From Deltaproteobacteria bacterium (GTDB lineage Bacteria > Myxococcota > Kuafuiibacteriia > Kuafuiibacteriales > Kuafuiibacteriaceae), in assembly GCA_040218735.1 (NCBI GenBank), contig JAVJQW010000043.1, forward strand, positions 368,780 through 432,779: 64,000 bases of DNA, given 5' to 3'. Both the position numbers and the translations under genes were made by a program. Shown here piece after piece: positions 1 to 10,112 of this stretch. A model generated the notes under the pieces. The model saw only the letters and a list, made by a program, of their open reading frames with translations. It was not told the DNA's origin and ran no database searches. Each line of letters opens with the position of its first letter. Within the stretch, counting starts at the first letter, position 1.

Positions 1-732
1 CACGTTGCCTACGGCACGCGGCGTTCGCTGCGCGGTCGTGTGACGGTGCAAGCTGTCTTGCGGGCGGCGCGCGTCGTCACCGTCGGATCCCCGCGCCTCC
101 GCGCACAAGCAGAGGCCATCGCGGGCGCGTCGGTGCGCGAGACGCCGTTCGGCGTGGACCCGGCTCGAATCCAACCGCGAACGCGCGCGCCCTGGACGAG
201 GGACCGACCGCTGAAGATGGCCGCGGTCGTGGACGTGGCCCGCGTGAAGGGGAGCGAGATGATCTTTGCGGCGCACGCCGAGCTGCTCCGCCAGAGGGTC
301 GAGGCCCGCCTCACCGTCTTCAGCCTCACGCCGAAGGAGGGCCACGCGGAGCTTCGCGGGCGCGCGTCGGCGGCGGGGATCGGGGAGCACGTGGTGTGGT
401 CGCCTCCGCTCGACGCGGAGGGCCTGTATCGTCGGCTCCCCGACTTCGACGTGCACGTGTCGGCGTCACTGCACGAGTCGCAGGGTCTCGCGCTGATCGA
501 GGCGGCGATGGCAAACGTACCGGTCGTCGCGCCGCACGTGGGCGTCGCGGAGGTGCTCGCGGGGCAGGGCGCGGCGACGTTGGTGACGTCGACCTCCGCG
601 CCCGAGCTCGCGCATGCCATCTTGCAGGCCGCCTCTGCGCCGGTGAGCGGCCGCGAGCGCGTCGCGGCGATCTACGGGATCGAGCCGTGCACGGAGCGCT
701 TCGCGGCGGTGATCGAAGAGGCGCTGTCGTGA
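1..732 (+). CDS. glycosyltransferase family 4 (5' partial)
   Basis: Frame open from base 1; GT-B motif 'HVSASLHESQGLALIEAAMANVPVVAPHVG'. Confidence 0.85.
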   Translation, partial: HVAYGTRRSLRGRVTVQAVLRAARVVTVGSPRLRAQAEAIAGASVRETPFGVDPARIQPRTRAPWTRDRPLKMAAVVDVARVKGSEMIFAAHAELLRQRVEARLTVFSLTPKEGHAELRGRASAAGIGEHVVWSPPLDAEGLYRRLPDFDVHVSASLHESQGLALIEAAMANVPVVAPHVGVAEVLAGQGAATLVTSTSAPELAHAILQAASAPVSGRERVAAIYGIEPCTERFAAVIEEALS

Positions 733-1787
733 GGATCGCGATCGTCGTCCCCGTGGCCTACGTCGAGGGGGAGTCCTGGGACGAGCTCGCGCACCGCTAC
801 ATCCCGATGCACCACGCGCGGCACCTCGCGGCGCTCGGTCACGAGGTGCACCTGTTCGCCGACGGACCGCCCCGGGTGTTTGCGCACGACGGTTTCACCG
901 TGCACGTGCTCCACGCCCCGTTCCCCGCCGTGGGCGGCGTCGTGCGTTCGCCGCACTTGATCCGCGCGGCCGACGCGATTCACCCGGACGTCATTCACCT
1001 GCACCACCTCCTCGCGGCGGAGAACGTCGCCGCCGCCGTTCGCACGGGGCGGCGGGTGTTCGCCGAGTACCACGGCGGTGAGGCGCCGCGCTGGCGGTGG
1101 CGGCGAGCGCTCGCGCGGTGGGCGTCGGCGCGCTTGGCGGGGGCGTTCTTTGCCAACCCCACGATCGCGGAGCGGCTGCGTCGCGACGGGGCGCTCGCGC
1201 CCGATACGCCGGTGCACATCAGCCCCGAGACGACCTCGCGCTACTTGAAGCTCGAGCCCCACGAAGCCGGCGGGCTCCGGGTGCTCGTCGTCGGCCGCTG
1301 CGAAGCCCCGAAGGATCCCGACGCGACCCTCGCGACCTTCCGCGCGATCCTCGCCCGCGCGCCCGACGCCCAGCTCGTGTGGGCCAGCGCCTCGGGCGCC
1401 GACACCGATCGCATCCGCGCGGCGATGTCGCCGGCCGTGAACGCGTCGTTGACCTTCGGCCCGGTGCCGGTGTCGAAGATGCCCGCGACCTTCGCGTCGG
1501 CCGACGTCACGATCTGTACGAGCGCCCGGGAGATCGGCGGGACGGTGTTGAGTGAGTCGCTCAGCCAGGGGACGCCGTTCGCGGCCTTTCACCTCCCGAC
1601 CTTCGAGGCGCTCGCGCCGCGGTGTGAGGCGGTCGCGTTGCTGCCCTCCCGCGATCCGGAGGCGCTCGCCGAGCGGGCGCTCGCGCTCGCCGCCGCCGAC
1701 GTTCGCGAAGAGGCGCGCCGCCACTTCGAAGACGTGCTGTCCTGGGCGGCGATCGCCCGCGCGCGCACCGCGATCTACGCCCGTTGA
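729..1787 (+). CDS. glycosyltransferase family 4
   Basis: GTG start overlaps upstream TGA (GTGA); 'MRIAIVVP', 'LAALGHEVHLF', 'EIGGTVLSESLSQGTP'. Confidence 0.8.
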   Translation: MRIAIVVPVAYVEGESWDELAHRYIPMHHARHLAALGHEVHLFADGPPRVFAHDGFTVHVLHAPFPAVGGVVRSPHLIRAADAIHPDVIHLHHLLAAENVAAAVRTGRRVFAEYHGGEAPRWRWRRALARWASARLAGAFFANPTIAERLRRDGALAPDTPVHISPETTSRYLKLEPHEAGGLRVLVVGRCEAPKDPDATLATFRAILARAPDAQLVWASASGADTDRIRAAMSPAVNASLTFGPVPVSKMPATFASADVTICTSAREIGGTVLSESLSQGTPFAAFHLPTFEALAPRCEAVALLPSRDPEALAERALALAAADVREEARRHFEDVLSWAAIARARTAIYAR

Positions 1788-1797
1788 TTCCGTCGCG

Positions 1798-2370
1798 GTG
1801 ATCGCCGAGGGTCGCCTCGTGTCGATCTTCCTGCTCGGCGTCGTCGTGGGCGCCACGGCGCTCGCGGGGCTCCTCGGCCTCCTCCTCACCACCGCCCGTC
1901 GCGGCGCTCCGCTGGAGCCCGAGGTGTTCGACGTGTTGCAGGCCGAAGCGACGACCGCCATCGAGCACCGCGACGTCCCGGTCGCGGCGGTCGTCGTCTA
2001 CGCGGGGGAGATCATCGGACGCGGCCGCAACCGCATGAACGAGCGCTGCGACGCCGGCGGGCACGCCGAGATCGCCGCCATCACCGACGCGATCGGCCGG
2101 CTCGGCCACGACCGCTTCGGCGCGCTCGACCGCGACCAGCTGTTCCTCGCTTCGACCTGGGAGCCCTGCGCAATGTGCCGCGGCGCCGCGATCGTCCACC
2201 GCATCGAACACGTCGTCATCGCCACGAAGAAGCCGTGGCGCGAAGCGGCCCGCGAGCGCCGCGCGGAGATTCGCCACTTCCTACGCCGCCGCCAGAGCGG
2301 CCCCGACGCGATGCAGCAGCGCCTCAACCGCGCCTACTACGACGTGCACGGTCGCCCGCGCGACCTATAA
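1798..2370 (+). CDS. nucleoside/tRNA deaminase-family protein with N-terminal hydrophobic helix
   Basis: 'VPVAAVVV', 'HAE', 'EPCAMC' zinc-deaminase motifs; start uncertain (1798 or 1819). Confidence 0.8.
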   Translation: MIAEGRLVSIFLLGVVVGATALAGLLGLLLTTARRGAPLEPEVFDVLQAEATTAIEHRDVPVAAVVVYAGEIIGRGRNRMNERCDAGGHAEIAAITDAIGRLGHDRFGALDRDQLFLASTWEPCAMCRGAAIVHRIEHVVIATKKPWREAARERRAEIRHFLRRRQSGPDAMQQRLNRAYYDVHGRPRDL

Positions 2371-3696
2371 GGAGTCGTCGCGCACGGCGCGGGTCGCCTC
2401 GACGCGCGTGGGGAGCGTGAACTTGAAACACGTCGCGCTCTCGGTGCTGCTGTCGACCCACACTGCGCCGCCGAGGTAACGCACGCACTGGTCGACGATC
2501 GAGAGGCCGAGGCCCGTGGACGGCTGGCCGGCCTTCGACTTCTCGCCGCGGGCGTAATCGTCGAAGAGCTTGGGGATGAGGTCCTTCGGGATCGGCTCGC
2601 CGACGTTGTAGACCGCGACCTCCACGAACTTGGTTCCGGCCTCGGGGCGGATCGGGCGCGCGTGCCGGAAGAGGTGGGCGGCGTCGCCCGCGCGGCGGTG
2701 GAGCGCGGACGAGGGGCCCGCGTCGCCGCGCACCGCGAGGCGCACGTGGATCGTCGAGCCCTGACGGCTGTGTTTGATCGCGTTGAAGAGCAGGTTGTCG
2801 AGGATGATCCAGACCCGGTCGACGATCGTGCGGACCTCGGGGAGGCTCTTCGGGGCGGTGCACTGGAGCTGGACCTCCTGCATCCCCGCGACCCGGTCGA
2901 GCTGGCGCACGTGCGCGGGCACCTCCGCCGCGAGCTGCAGCGGCGCGACCTTCTCGGTGGCGACGCCGGCGTCCACGCGCGACAGCTCCAGCGTGCTGTT
3001 GATCATGTGGATCATCCGGTCCGCCGCGCCCGCGATGTCGTTCGTGAGCGACGGGTCGTCCATCGAGCCCTCTTCTTCGATCATCGCCGCGTTCGTGGAG
3101 ATCACCGTGAGCGGTGCCCGGAAGTCGTGGACCATCTGCGCCAACAGCTTCGCGCGATAACGCTGCTCTTCGTACAGACGCGAGCCGCGCACCGCCGTGC
3201 TCACCAACGCCGCGAGGCCTTCGAGGAGCTCGAGCCGCTGCGTGACTTCGCGCGGCGCCGCGACTTGCGAGTCGATGTAGAGCATCGCCGCGACCGCACC
3301 CTCGACGAAGATCGGCTGCGCGACCGCGAACCGAATCGCGTTGAGCTGAACGCTGTGGTGCTTCGCGAACTGCGATCCCTTCCCGACATCCGCGTGCACC
3401 GCGTGGCGCTTTTCGAGCGCCTCTCGGATCAACGCTTCACTCACCGGGAGCGGGTTGCCAGGGCCCGCCCACTCGAGGTTGTGCAGCTTGATGCGCTGAA
3501 GCGCGCCGTGGTTGTCGACCAGCGCGAACAGCGCGCGCTCCGCCGCCATGACCTTGGCGGCGCTGCGCAAGATCATCGGGAGCAGGCTCTCCAGCCGAAG
3601 CTCACCACCGAGCTGGAGCGCCACGTCGAGCAGCAGCTCACCGGGGCTCGGCGCGCTGTCTTCTGAGGGCGTGGACACCGCCCGAAACCGTATCAC
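2365..3696 (-). CDS. GAF-domain sensor histidine kinase
   Basis: N-terminal GAF-like region; 'MVHDFRAPL' H-box, 'NLLFNAIKHS', 'TGLGLSIV'. Confidence 0.9.
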   Translation of the reverse strand: MIRFRAVSTPSEDSAPSPGELLLDVALQLGGELRLESLLPMILRSAAKVMAAERALFALVDNHGALQRIKLHNLEWAGPGNPLPVSEALIREALEKRHAVHADVGKGSQFAKHHSVQLNAIRFAVAQPIFVEGAVAAMLYIDSQVAAPREVTQRLELLEGLAALVSTAVRGSRLYEEQRYRAKLLAQMVHDFRAPLTVISTNAAMIEEEGSMDDPSLTNDIAGAADRMIHMINSTLELSRVDAGVATEKVAPLQLAAEVPAHVRQLDRVAGMQEVQLQCTAPKSLPEVRTIVDRVWIILDNLLFNAIKHSRQGSTIHVRLAVRGDAGPSSALHRRAGDAAHLFRHARPIRPEAGTKFVEVAVYNVGEPIPKDLIPKLFDDYARGEKSKAGQPSTGLGLSIVDQCVRYLGGAVWVDSSTESATCFKFTLPTRVEATRAVRDDSL

Positions 3697-3712
3697 TCGT
3701 CCGGGACTGCGA

Positions 3713-5317
3713 CTACTTCCGGTCTCCGAACTTGTTGCCGATTCCGTGACGCTTCAGCCGGTCGTGGAAGGTGCTCTTCGAGACCCCGAGCATGCGCGCG
3801 GCCTCCGCGCGATTGCCCCCGCACGCGTCGAGGATCTCGAGCATCTTGTCGCGCTCGACCTCGTCCTGACGTCGCACCTTCCGCCGCACGTCGCTCGACC
3901 GCGTGGTGAACGCATCCCGCGAGAACTGAAGGTCCGAAGCGTCGATCCGGTCCGCGTCGGACATCAGGATCGCGCGCACGAGCACGTTCCGCAGCTCGCG
4001 GATGTTGCCCGGCCACGTGTAGTCGCGGAGCGCTTCTTCTGCGTCGCTCGTCAGCTCGAGTGGTCGCGGTGACTGCGTCTTCAGGAAATGTCGCGTGAGT
4101 GGGAGGATGTCGTCCGGACGCTCCGTGAGCGGGGGCACCCGCAGCGACAGGACGAACAGCCGGTGGAAGAGGTCCTCGCGGAACCGGCCGTCTTCGACCA
4201 GCTCCTCCAGGTTGCGGTGCGTCGCCGCCACGATGCGCGTGTCGACCGGGATCTCCTTCGTCCCTCCGATGCGACGCACCGTCTGCGTCTCCAACACCCG
4301 CAGCAACTTCGGTTGCAGGTCGAGCGGGAGCTCACCGATCTCGTCGAGGAACAACGTGCCGCCGGAGGTCGCGGAGAACGCGCCGTCCTTCGTCTCGTCG
4401 GCGCCGGTGAACGCGCCCTCCTCGTGACCGAACAGCTCGCTCTCCACCACCGTGGGGTTGAGCGCACCGCAGTTGAGGGCGAGGTACGGCCCACGCGCGC
4501 GGGGCGACGCGTCGTGCAGCGCGCGGGCGACGAGCTCCTTACCGGACCCCGACTCACCGACCACGAGTACCGGCTCCTTCGCGCCCGCGAAGCGCTTCAC
4601 CATCGCGAAGATGCGGTGCATCTTCTCGCTCTTCGCGATCATCCCGTAGAAGGCGTCGTCGTCGTCGGTGTTCGACGCGGACGCGGAGAAGTCGAGCGTC
4701 ACCTTGCCGACGACGATCTTCGCCGGGGTGGGGAGCTCCGCCTCGCGCACCTTCAGGCCGTTGACCTGCGTGCCGTTGGTGGAGTCGAGGTCGTGGATGA
4801 ACCAACGCCCGTTCTGGTTGGTGATGCGCGCGTGGTACGCGGAGATGAACGGGTCCTCGACGATCAGATCGTTGTCTTCGTTGCCGCCGATGTTGAACGG
4901 CGCGCGCGGCGTGAGCCGGTACTCGATGCCGTCGTAAGCGATCTGTGCGTCGTCGCTGCCCGGGCCGTCGGCGTCGCCGAGCGCTTTGGTCTTGCCGTGG
5001 TGCTGGCGGTCGTCGTCCGCGCGCACGCGCAGCGCGAGGGAGAAGTCTTCGATCCCGAGGACGTCGCCGGCCTTCATGTCGAACTCTTCACCGTCGAGCT
5101 CGGCGCCGTTGAGGCGTAGGCGGCCCGCGGTGAGGTCACGCATCCGGAAGCGGCCGGCGCCGCGGTCCATCATCAACGCGACGGCTTCGGGGACGGACGC
5201 GTCGGGGATCACCACGTCGTTCGTGGGGTTGCTGCCGATGCACACCTCGGCGCGGTCGACTCGCATGTGCAGCAGCGTCTCTCCGCTTCGCGTGATGATC
5301 AGCTCGGTGATGTCCAC
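3713..5317 (-). CDS. sigma54-dependent transcriptional activator with two FHA domains
   Basis: FHA motifs ('DLDSTNGT'), Walker A 'GESGSGKE', 'GAFTGA', 'WPGNIRELRN', C-terminal Fis-type HTH. Confidence 0.95.
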   Translation of the reverse strand: MDITELIITRSGETLLHMRVDRAEVCIGSNPTNDVVIPDASVPEAVALMMDRGAGRFRMRDLTAGRLRLNGAELDGEEFDMKAGDVLGIEDFSLALRVRADDDRQHHGKTKALGDADGPGSDDAQIAYDGIEYRLTPRAPFNIGGNEDNDLIVEDPFISAYHARITNQNGRWFIHDLDSTNGTQVNGLKVREAELPTPAKIVVGKVTLDFSASASNTDDDDAFYGMIAKSEKMHRIFAMVKRFAGAKEPVLVVGESGSGKELVARALHDASPRARGPYLALNCGALNPTVVESELFGHEEGAFTGADETKDGAFSATSGGTLFLDEIGELPLDLQPKLLRVLETQTVRRIGGTKEIPVDTRIVAATHRNLEELVEDGRFREDLFHRLFVLSLRVPPLTERPDDILPLTRHFLKTQSPRPLELTSDAEEALRDYTWPGNIRELRNVLVRAILMSDADRIDASDLQFSRDAFTTRSSDVRRKVRRQDEVERDKMLEILDACGGNRAEAARMLGVSKSTFHDRLKRHGIGNKFGDRK

Positions 5318-5357
5318 GACGTCGCCGATTATCAGGGGTCCAGCCGCGCTTGCAAGC

Positions 5358-6176
5358 TCACGGCTCGGGCGGAGGCTTCCAACCTGGCCGCTCGTCTTCC
5401 TTGCCGAGGAGGAAGCGATAGATGGCCGGCTTGTTCTCCTCGATCTCGATCGTGACCCGCCGCTCGTAACGGTCGTCCTTGCTCCGCAGCCACACGGTGT
5501 ACTTCCCCGCCTCCATCGGACGTTTCACGATCGGCGTCGCGCCGAGTTTCTTGCCGTCGTCCAGCTCGACCGTCCCGTCGGGGCGCATCCCCAGCGTGAG
5601 CCAACCCTTCGGCTTGGGTTTCGACATCGGAAGCTCGACCTTCGACTCCAGGCCGGTCTCGGGTTCGGATTTCACTTCGTAGAAGAAGACCTCCAGCGTC
5701 AGGTCCTCGGAGCGCTTCAGCGTGGCGCGAACGGATTTCGCCTGGTTGTTCGGCCCGGTCACCGTCACGTCGATCGGGCCCGGCTTGGTCACCACCCGGT
5801 ACAGCGGCGTGCGCCCACGTTTGTACCCGTTGATGCGGACCTCCGCCTCCTGGATGTCCGACAGCACCGTCACCGTCGCGGGCTCGGGCGCGGGGATGCG
5901 AATGTTGAGATCGTTCTGCTCGCCGGCTTCGATCGTGATCGTGCGCTCGATGGGTTCGGCGCCCGGCGCCTGAATCTTCAGGTGATACTCACCCGCCTCC
6001 TTCACGATGGTCGCGGGCGTGGAGACGACTTCCAGCTTGCCGTCGATCCAGACCTTCGCGCCCTTCGGATAAGTTCGCAGGCGGAACTTTCCCAGCGTGA
6101 TGGGTTTGCCGTTCTCGTCGTACTTGGTCGGCTTGCAGGCCGCGAGCAGGACGAGCAGGAGCGCCCACCGCCTCAC
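5358..6176 (-). CDS. PEGA-domain lipoprotein
   Basis: Lipobox 'LAAC'; three PEGA-like repeats ('TYPKGAKVWIDG', 'GRTP', 'GATP'). Confidence 0.8.
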   Translation of the reverse strand: MRRWALLLVLLAACKPTKYDENGKPITLGKFRLRTYPKGAKVWIDGKLEVVSTPATIVKEAGEYHLKIQAPGAEPIERTITIEAGEQNDLNIRIPAPEPATVTVLSDIQEAEVRINGYKRGRTPLYRVVTKPGPIDVTVTGPNNQAKSVRATLKRSEDLTLEVFFYEVKSEPETGLESKVELPMSKPKPKGWLTLGMRPDGTVELDDGKKLGATPIVKRPMEAGKYTVWLRSKDDRYERRVTIEIEENKPAIYRFLLGKEDERPGWKPPPEP

Positions 6177-7114
6177 GGCTCATCCGTCTCCTGCTCGCCA
6201 CCGAACCGGACCGCGAGCCGAAGCATCCCCGACGCGCCGAGCTCGGCCTCCGGGCCGCCCGCGACGTTGAACGCCATCACCGCGCCCCCCACGGACAGCT
6301 CGGCGGCGATCTCCGCCGACACCTGGTAGAGCACCCCGGCGCGCGCGCCGCCGCCGGGATCGACGCCCGGCAACCGCACGTCGACGGTCGCGAATGGCTC
6401 GATGAAGGGGCTCCAACGGTAGGCGTGCGGCGAGCGTGCGAAGAGGCGCATCGCGAGATCGAAGCCGAGCACGAGCGGACCGCCGTCGGCGAAGATCGTC
6501 GGCGTGGAAAACGCCGGACCGACGCCGACGTAGACGAGCAGCTCCACGTTCGGTGCGACGTTGCCACCTGCTCCGATGAACAGCCGCGCGCGGGCGCTAC
6601 TTCCCGCGCGGCCCTCCGTCCCGACGTAACCCGTGAGCGAGAACTGCTCGTCCTCGACGTCCCGGTCGTAGACCGCGAGGGCCCGTTCGCGGGCCTCGGC
6701 CTCGGACGGCGCCAGGACGTCCAGGGTGAGCGGCTCGATGTCGCCGATGACGAGGAGGACGCCGCCCCGGGCGCCGTAGAGGAAGGCGCGCAGCTCGACC
6801 TGGTCGGGTTGGGCGACGCGGATGCCGCCTTCGTTCCAGACCGTCGTGCTCGTGAACGTCGCGACCCACCAGCGCGCCATACCGGAGGGGGGCGTGGCGT
6901 CGACGCGGGTCCATTCACTCTCCCCGACCCGCCTCAGCTCGACTCGGACGCGCTTCGTGATGCGTTTGTCGTCGCGGATGTCGACGCGCGCGACGATGTC
7001 CTTTCCGACCGTGGCCACGACGTCGCCGAAGCGCGCGGAGATCCCCGCCGCGTCGGCGGTCGCCGGGACGAGGACCGCGAACGTCGCGAGAGCGCAGCCG
7101 AGGAGCGAACGCAC
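6173..7114 (-). CDS. exported hypothetical protein, possible C-terminal beta-barrel
   Basis: Signal peptide ending 'ADA'; alternating beta-strand pattern ending 'LRLAVRF'; stop overlaps next start. Confidence 0.6.
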   Translation of the reverse strand: MRSLLGCALATFAVLVPATADAAGISARFGDVVATVGKDIVARVDIRDDKRITKRVRVELRRVGESEWTRVDATPPSGMARWWVATFTSTTVWNEGGIRVAQPDQVELRAFLYGARGGVLLVIGDIEPLTLDVLAPSEAEARERALAVYDRDVEDEQFSLTGYVGTEGRAGSSARARLFIGAGGNVAPNVELLVYVGVGPAFSTPTIFADGGPLVLGFDLAMRLFARSPHAYRWSPFIEPFATVDVRLPGVDPGGGARAGVLYQVSAEIAAELSVGGAVMAFNVAGGPEAELGASGMLRLAVRFGGEQETDEP

Positions 7115-7179
7115 GGCGCCCCATGCATTACGCGAACGACGCCCTTTACGCCAGGCGCCGCGATTGCGAGCCTAGGGAC

Positions 7180-8985
7180 GTGCGCGTTCGCGTCTTGGCT
7201 CTGATCGGGTGCATGACGGCGTGCGCGACCACCCCGCCCGCGACCGAGACGACGGAGGCGCCGCCGCCGGTCGCGGCCGCCGAGACCCACGACCTGTTCG
7301 ACGCCGCGCTGCTCGCGAGCGGTTACGCCGAGGGCGCGGAGCTCGCCTCGGCGCGGCGCCGGCTCGAGACACTCGTCACGCCGGTCGTCCAGCGCCTCGC
7401 GGACGTCCAGGACGATCGCACCCGCGCGGGCGCGCTGCTGATCACGCTGCACGAGAAGGGCGGGCTGTTCGGGACCTACGACGCGCGCGCGACGACGCTC
7501 GTCGACATCATCGACCGGCGGCACTTCAACTGCGTCTCGGCGTCGGTGCTCTACAACCTGATCGCGGACCGGCTCCAGATCGACGCCGCCGCGCAGCTGC
7601 TCCCCACGCACGCGCGCACGCTGCTGTCGATGCCGAGCGAGAAGGGCCTGGAGCGCGTCGTCGTGGAGACGACGTCACCGGCCGGGTTCTCGCCGAGCCC
7701 CGCCGACGAAGCGAAGATCCTCGCGAGCGTCGCCGGCCCGCGCGCGGAGGGGGCGCGGACCTTGGTCTCCGAGACGGGCGCTGTGGTGTCGACGCGGGTC
7801 CTGATCGGCACGATCTACGTGAACCGCGCGTCGATCGCGCAGGAGGGTGGCCAGTACGAGCTCGCCGAGTCGCTGTTCGCGCGCGGTGAAGCGTTTGCTT
7901 CGTCCGAGGAGATGCGGCGGGTGCTGCGCGATCAGCGCGCGGCGCTGCTGTCGCAGCTCGCCGGCGACGACGTCACGTCCAACGATCCGGAGCGCCTCGA
8001 ACGCGCCTACCGGACGCTGCTCGCCGCGGTGAAGCTCGAGCCGACGCACCCCAACGTGCGCGAGGCCGTCTTCCACAACCTCCGCGCCGCGGCGGAGCGT
8101 CTGATCTTCCTCGAGGCGCAGCAGGGCGCGGAGGAGCGGCTGATCGCGCTCGCGACGGAGGCGGCGTCGGTGGGGATGCGCTCCGCGGATCGTTCGGGGC
8201 TGAGGGCGTTCGCGCTGTCGGAGGTCGCGCGGCTGAGGGTCGAAGCGCAGGACTACGAAGGTGCGATCGATGCGCTCGACCTCGCGCTGAAGGAGCAGCT
8301 CGGCAAGGCCGACGCGGGGCTGGAAGAGACGCTGAAGACGAACCGCATCTCCGCGCTGCGCCTCGCGGCGTTCCGGAGCGCGCGCGCGGGTGACTTCCGG
8401 GTCGGGCTGTCGTGGGTCGATCGCATCGAGCAGCACCTCGGCGCGCGGCCGGAGGTCAGCGAAGATCGCCTACGGGTGATTCACCTCGTCGGGAACAAAC
8501 GGCTCGACGACCGCGACTACCACGGCGCCGTGGAGGTGTATCGCGAAGGTGTGCGTCGTTTCCCGCGCGACGACGCGTCGCGCACGAACCTGGTCGCGTC
8601 GCTGGAGCGGCTCGCGATGCCGATGATCGAGACCGGTCGGTGCGCGGAGGTCCGCGAGGTGCTCGAGGAGATCCGGACGATCGACGCGGCGACGAAGTTC
8701 GTGCGGCTCGCGGAGTCGCGCTGCCTGATCGAGCGGGCGCAGAAGCGCCTCGAGGCCAAGGACTACGCGGAGGCGGTGGATCTCATCCGTGCGGCACGTC
8801 GTGCGAACCCAAACGAGCCGGCCGTCGTACAGAACCTAGCGGTGGCATTGGTGCGTTGGGCAGAAGACTTGTCGAGTCGGGGTAAATGCCGCGAAGCTCG
8901 GGGTCTCGTGAAGGAGATCGCCGCGCTGCGGGTGGCCTCGGTCGGCCGAGCCCAGACGAAGCGTGCGCTCGGGAGTTGCGGATGA
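7180..8985 (+). CDS. lipoprotein with transglutaminase-like (SirB1-like) domain and TPR repeats
   Basis: Lipobox 'MTAC'; 'HFNCVSASVLY..LPTH..VETT'; multiple TPR-like helices. Confidence 0.65.
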   Translation: MRVRVLALIGCMTACATTPPATETTEAPPPVAAAETHDLFDAALLASGYAEGAELASARRRLETLVTPVVQRLADVQDDRTRAGALLITLHEKGGLFGTYDARATTLVDIIDRRHFNCVSASVLYNLIADRLQIDAAAQLLPTHARTLLSMPSEKGLERVVVETTSPAGFSPSPADEAKILASVAGPRAEGARTLVSETGAVVSTRVLIGTIYVNRASIAQEGGQYELAESLFARGEAFASSEEMRRVLRDQRAALLSQLAGDDVTSNDPERLERAYRTLLAAVKLEPTHPNVREAVFHNLRAAAERLIFLEAQQGAEERLIALATEAASVGMRSADRSGLRAFALSEVARLRVEAQDYEGAIDALDLALKEQLGKADAGLEETLKTNRISALRLAAFRSARAGDFRVGLSWVDRIEQHLGARPEVSEDRLRVIHLVGNKRLDDRDYHGAVEVYREGVRRFPRDDASRTNLVASLERLAMPMIETGRCAEVREVLEEIRTIDAATKFVRLAESRCLIERAQKRLEAKDYAEAVDLIRAARRANPNEPAVVQNLAVALVRWAEDLSSRGKCREARGLVKEIAALRVASVGRAQTKRALGSCG

Positions 8986-10010
8986 GAGCGTGGGTGTTCG
9001 GGTTGTGTGTGGCGTTGACGCCGTCGGTGGCGTGGGCGCACGGCGCGAGCAAGAGCTACGCGGACTGGACCGTCGAGGGTGACCAGGCCGCGCTGCGGTT
9101 GTCACTCGCCGCACACGACGTGATCGCCGCGCGCCCCGAGATGGATCCGAACGGCGACCGCCGGTTGGACGCATCGGAGCTGGAGGCGGAGCGCGTCGCG
9201 TACGGTGCGACTGTCGTCGAGCAGACGCGCGTGCGCGCGGGGCGCGCCAAGGCGTCCGAGACGTGCACGCCGGGCGACGCGATCGTCCGGGGCATCGGTG
9301 ATCCCGTCGAGGAGCTGCAGGTCACGGTCGTGTACACGTGCCCGTCGGCGATCGGCGCGTTGGAGCTGGGCGCCGGATACCTCCCCGAGCTCGAGCCTCC
9401 GCACGCGACGCTCGCCACCGTGACCGGCGGCGAGGTCAGCGCGCAGCACGTCTTCACCGCGCAGGACCCGCGCTTCGGCGTGACGTTCGAGCTGCCGCCG
9501 CTGGCGGAGGAGCTGTTGAACGCGCTGCTCGCCGGCCTGAAGGCGAACTTCGTCCCGGGGCCGCTGTTGTTCTGCCTCGGCCTGATCCTCAGTCGGCGTG
9601 GGCGTCGCTTCGGAGGGATCCTCGCTGCGTTCCTCGCGGCGCACACCGTGATGGTGTTCTTCGGCGGGCTCCGCTACCCGTTCCTGCCGCTGATCGTCGC
9701 GGCGGCGATCGCCTGGATCGGGTTGGAGACGTTCCTGTCGTCGAAGGAGCCCGAGGTCGGGTGGCACCACATCGCGATGGCGTTGGTGTTCGGCGCGCTG
9801 TTCGGGGTCATGGCGCACCTCAAGGTGCCGCGGGAGATGATGCCGAAGCTCGCCTACGTCGCGGGCGCGACGGCGCCGCTCTTGGGGACGTTCCTCGTCG
9901 GCCGGATCGTGCTCGCGGTGTCCGGATCCCACACGGAGCGTGTGGTTCGAGGCATCGGCGCGGGGATCTTGGCGTCGGCGCTCGTGCTCGCCGTGCTCCA
10001 CTTCGTCTGA
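8982..10010 (+). CDS. HupE/UreJ-like membrane protein (divergent)
   Basis: Signal ending 'AWAH'; 'AFLAAHTV'; multi-TM C-terminus; ATGA overlap with upstream gene. Confidence 0.65.
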   Translation: MRAWVFGLCVALTPSVAWAHGASKSYADWTVEGDQAALRLSLAAHDVIAARPEMDPNGDRRLDASELEAERVAYGATVVEQTRVRAGRAKASETCTPGDAIVRGIGDPVEELQVTVVYTCPSAIGALELGAGYLPELEPPHATLATVTGGEVSAQHVFTAQDPRFGVTFELPPLAEELLNALLAGLKANFVPGPLLFCLGLILSRRGRRFGGILAAFLAAHTVMVFFGGLRYPFLPLIVAAAIAWIGLETFLSSKEPEVGWHHIAMALVFGALFGVMAHLKVPREMMPKLAYVAGATAPLLGTFLVGRIVLAVSGSHTERVVRGIGAGILASALVLAVLHFV

Positions 10011-10112
10011 GCGACCGTTCATTCGGTCTTCAACGCACTGCGTCTGACTCGAAGACGTCTTGCGCCTTCGGTTCAGGTCTGTAACGAGGTCCCCTTCCGA
10101 AGGACCTCGAAC

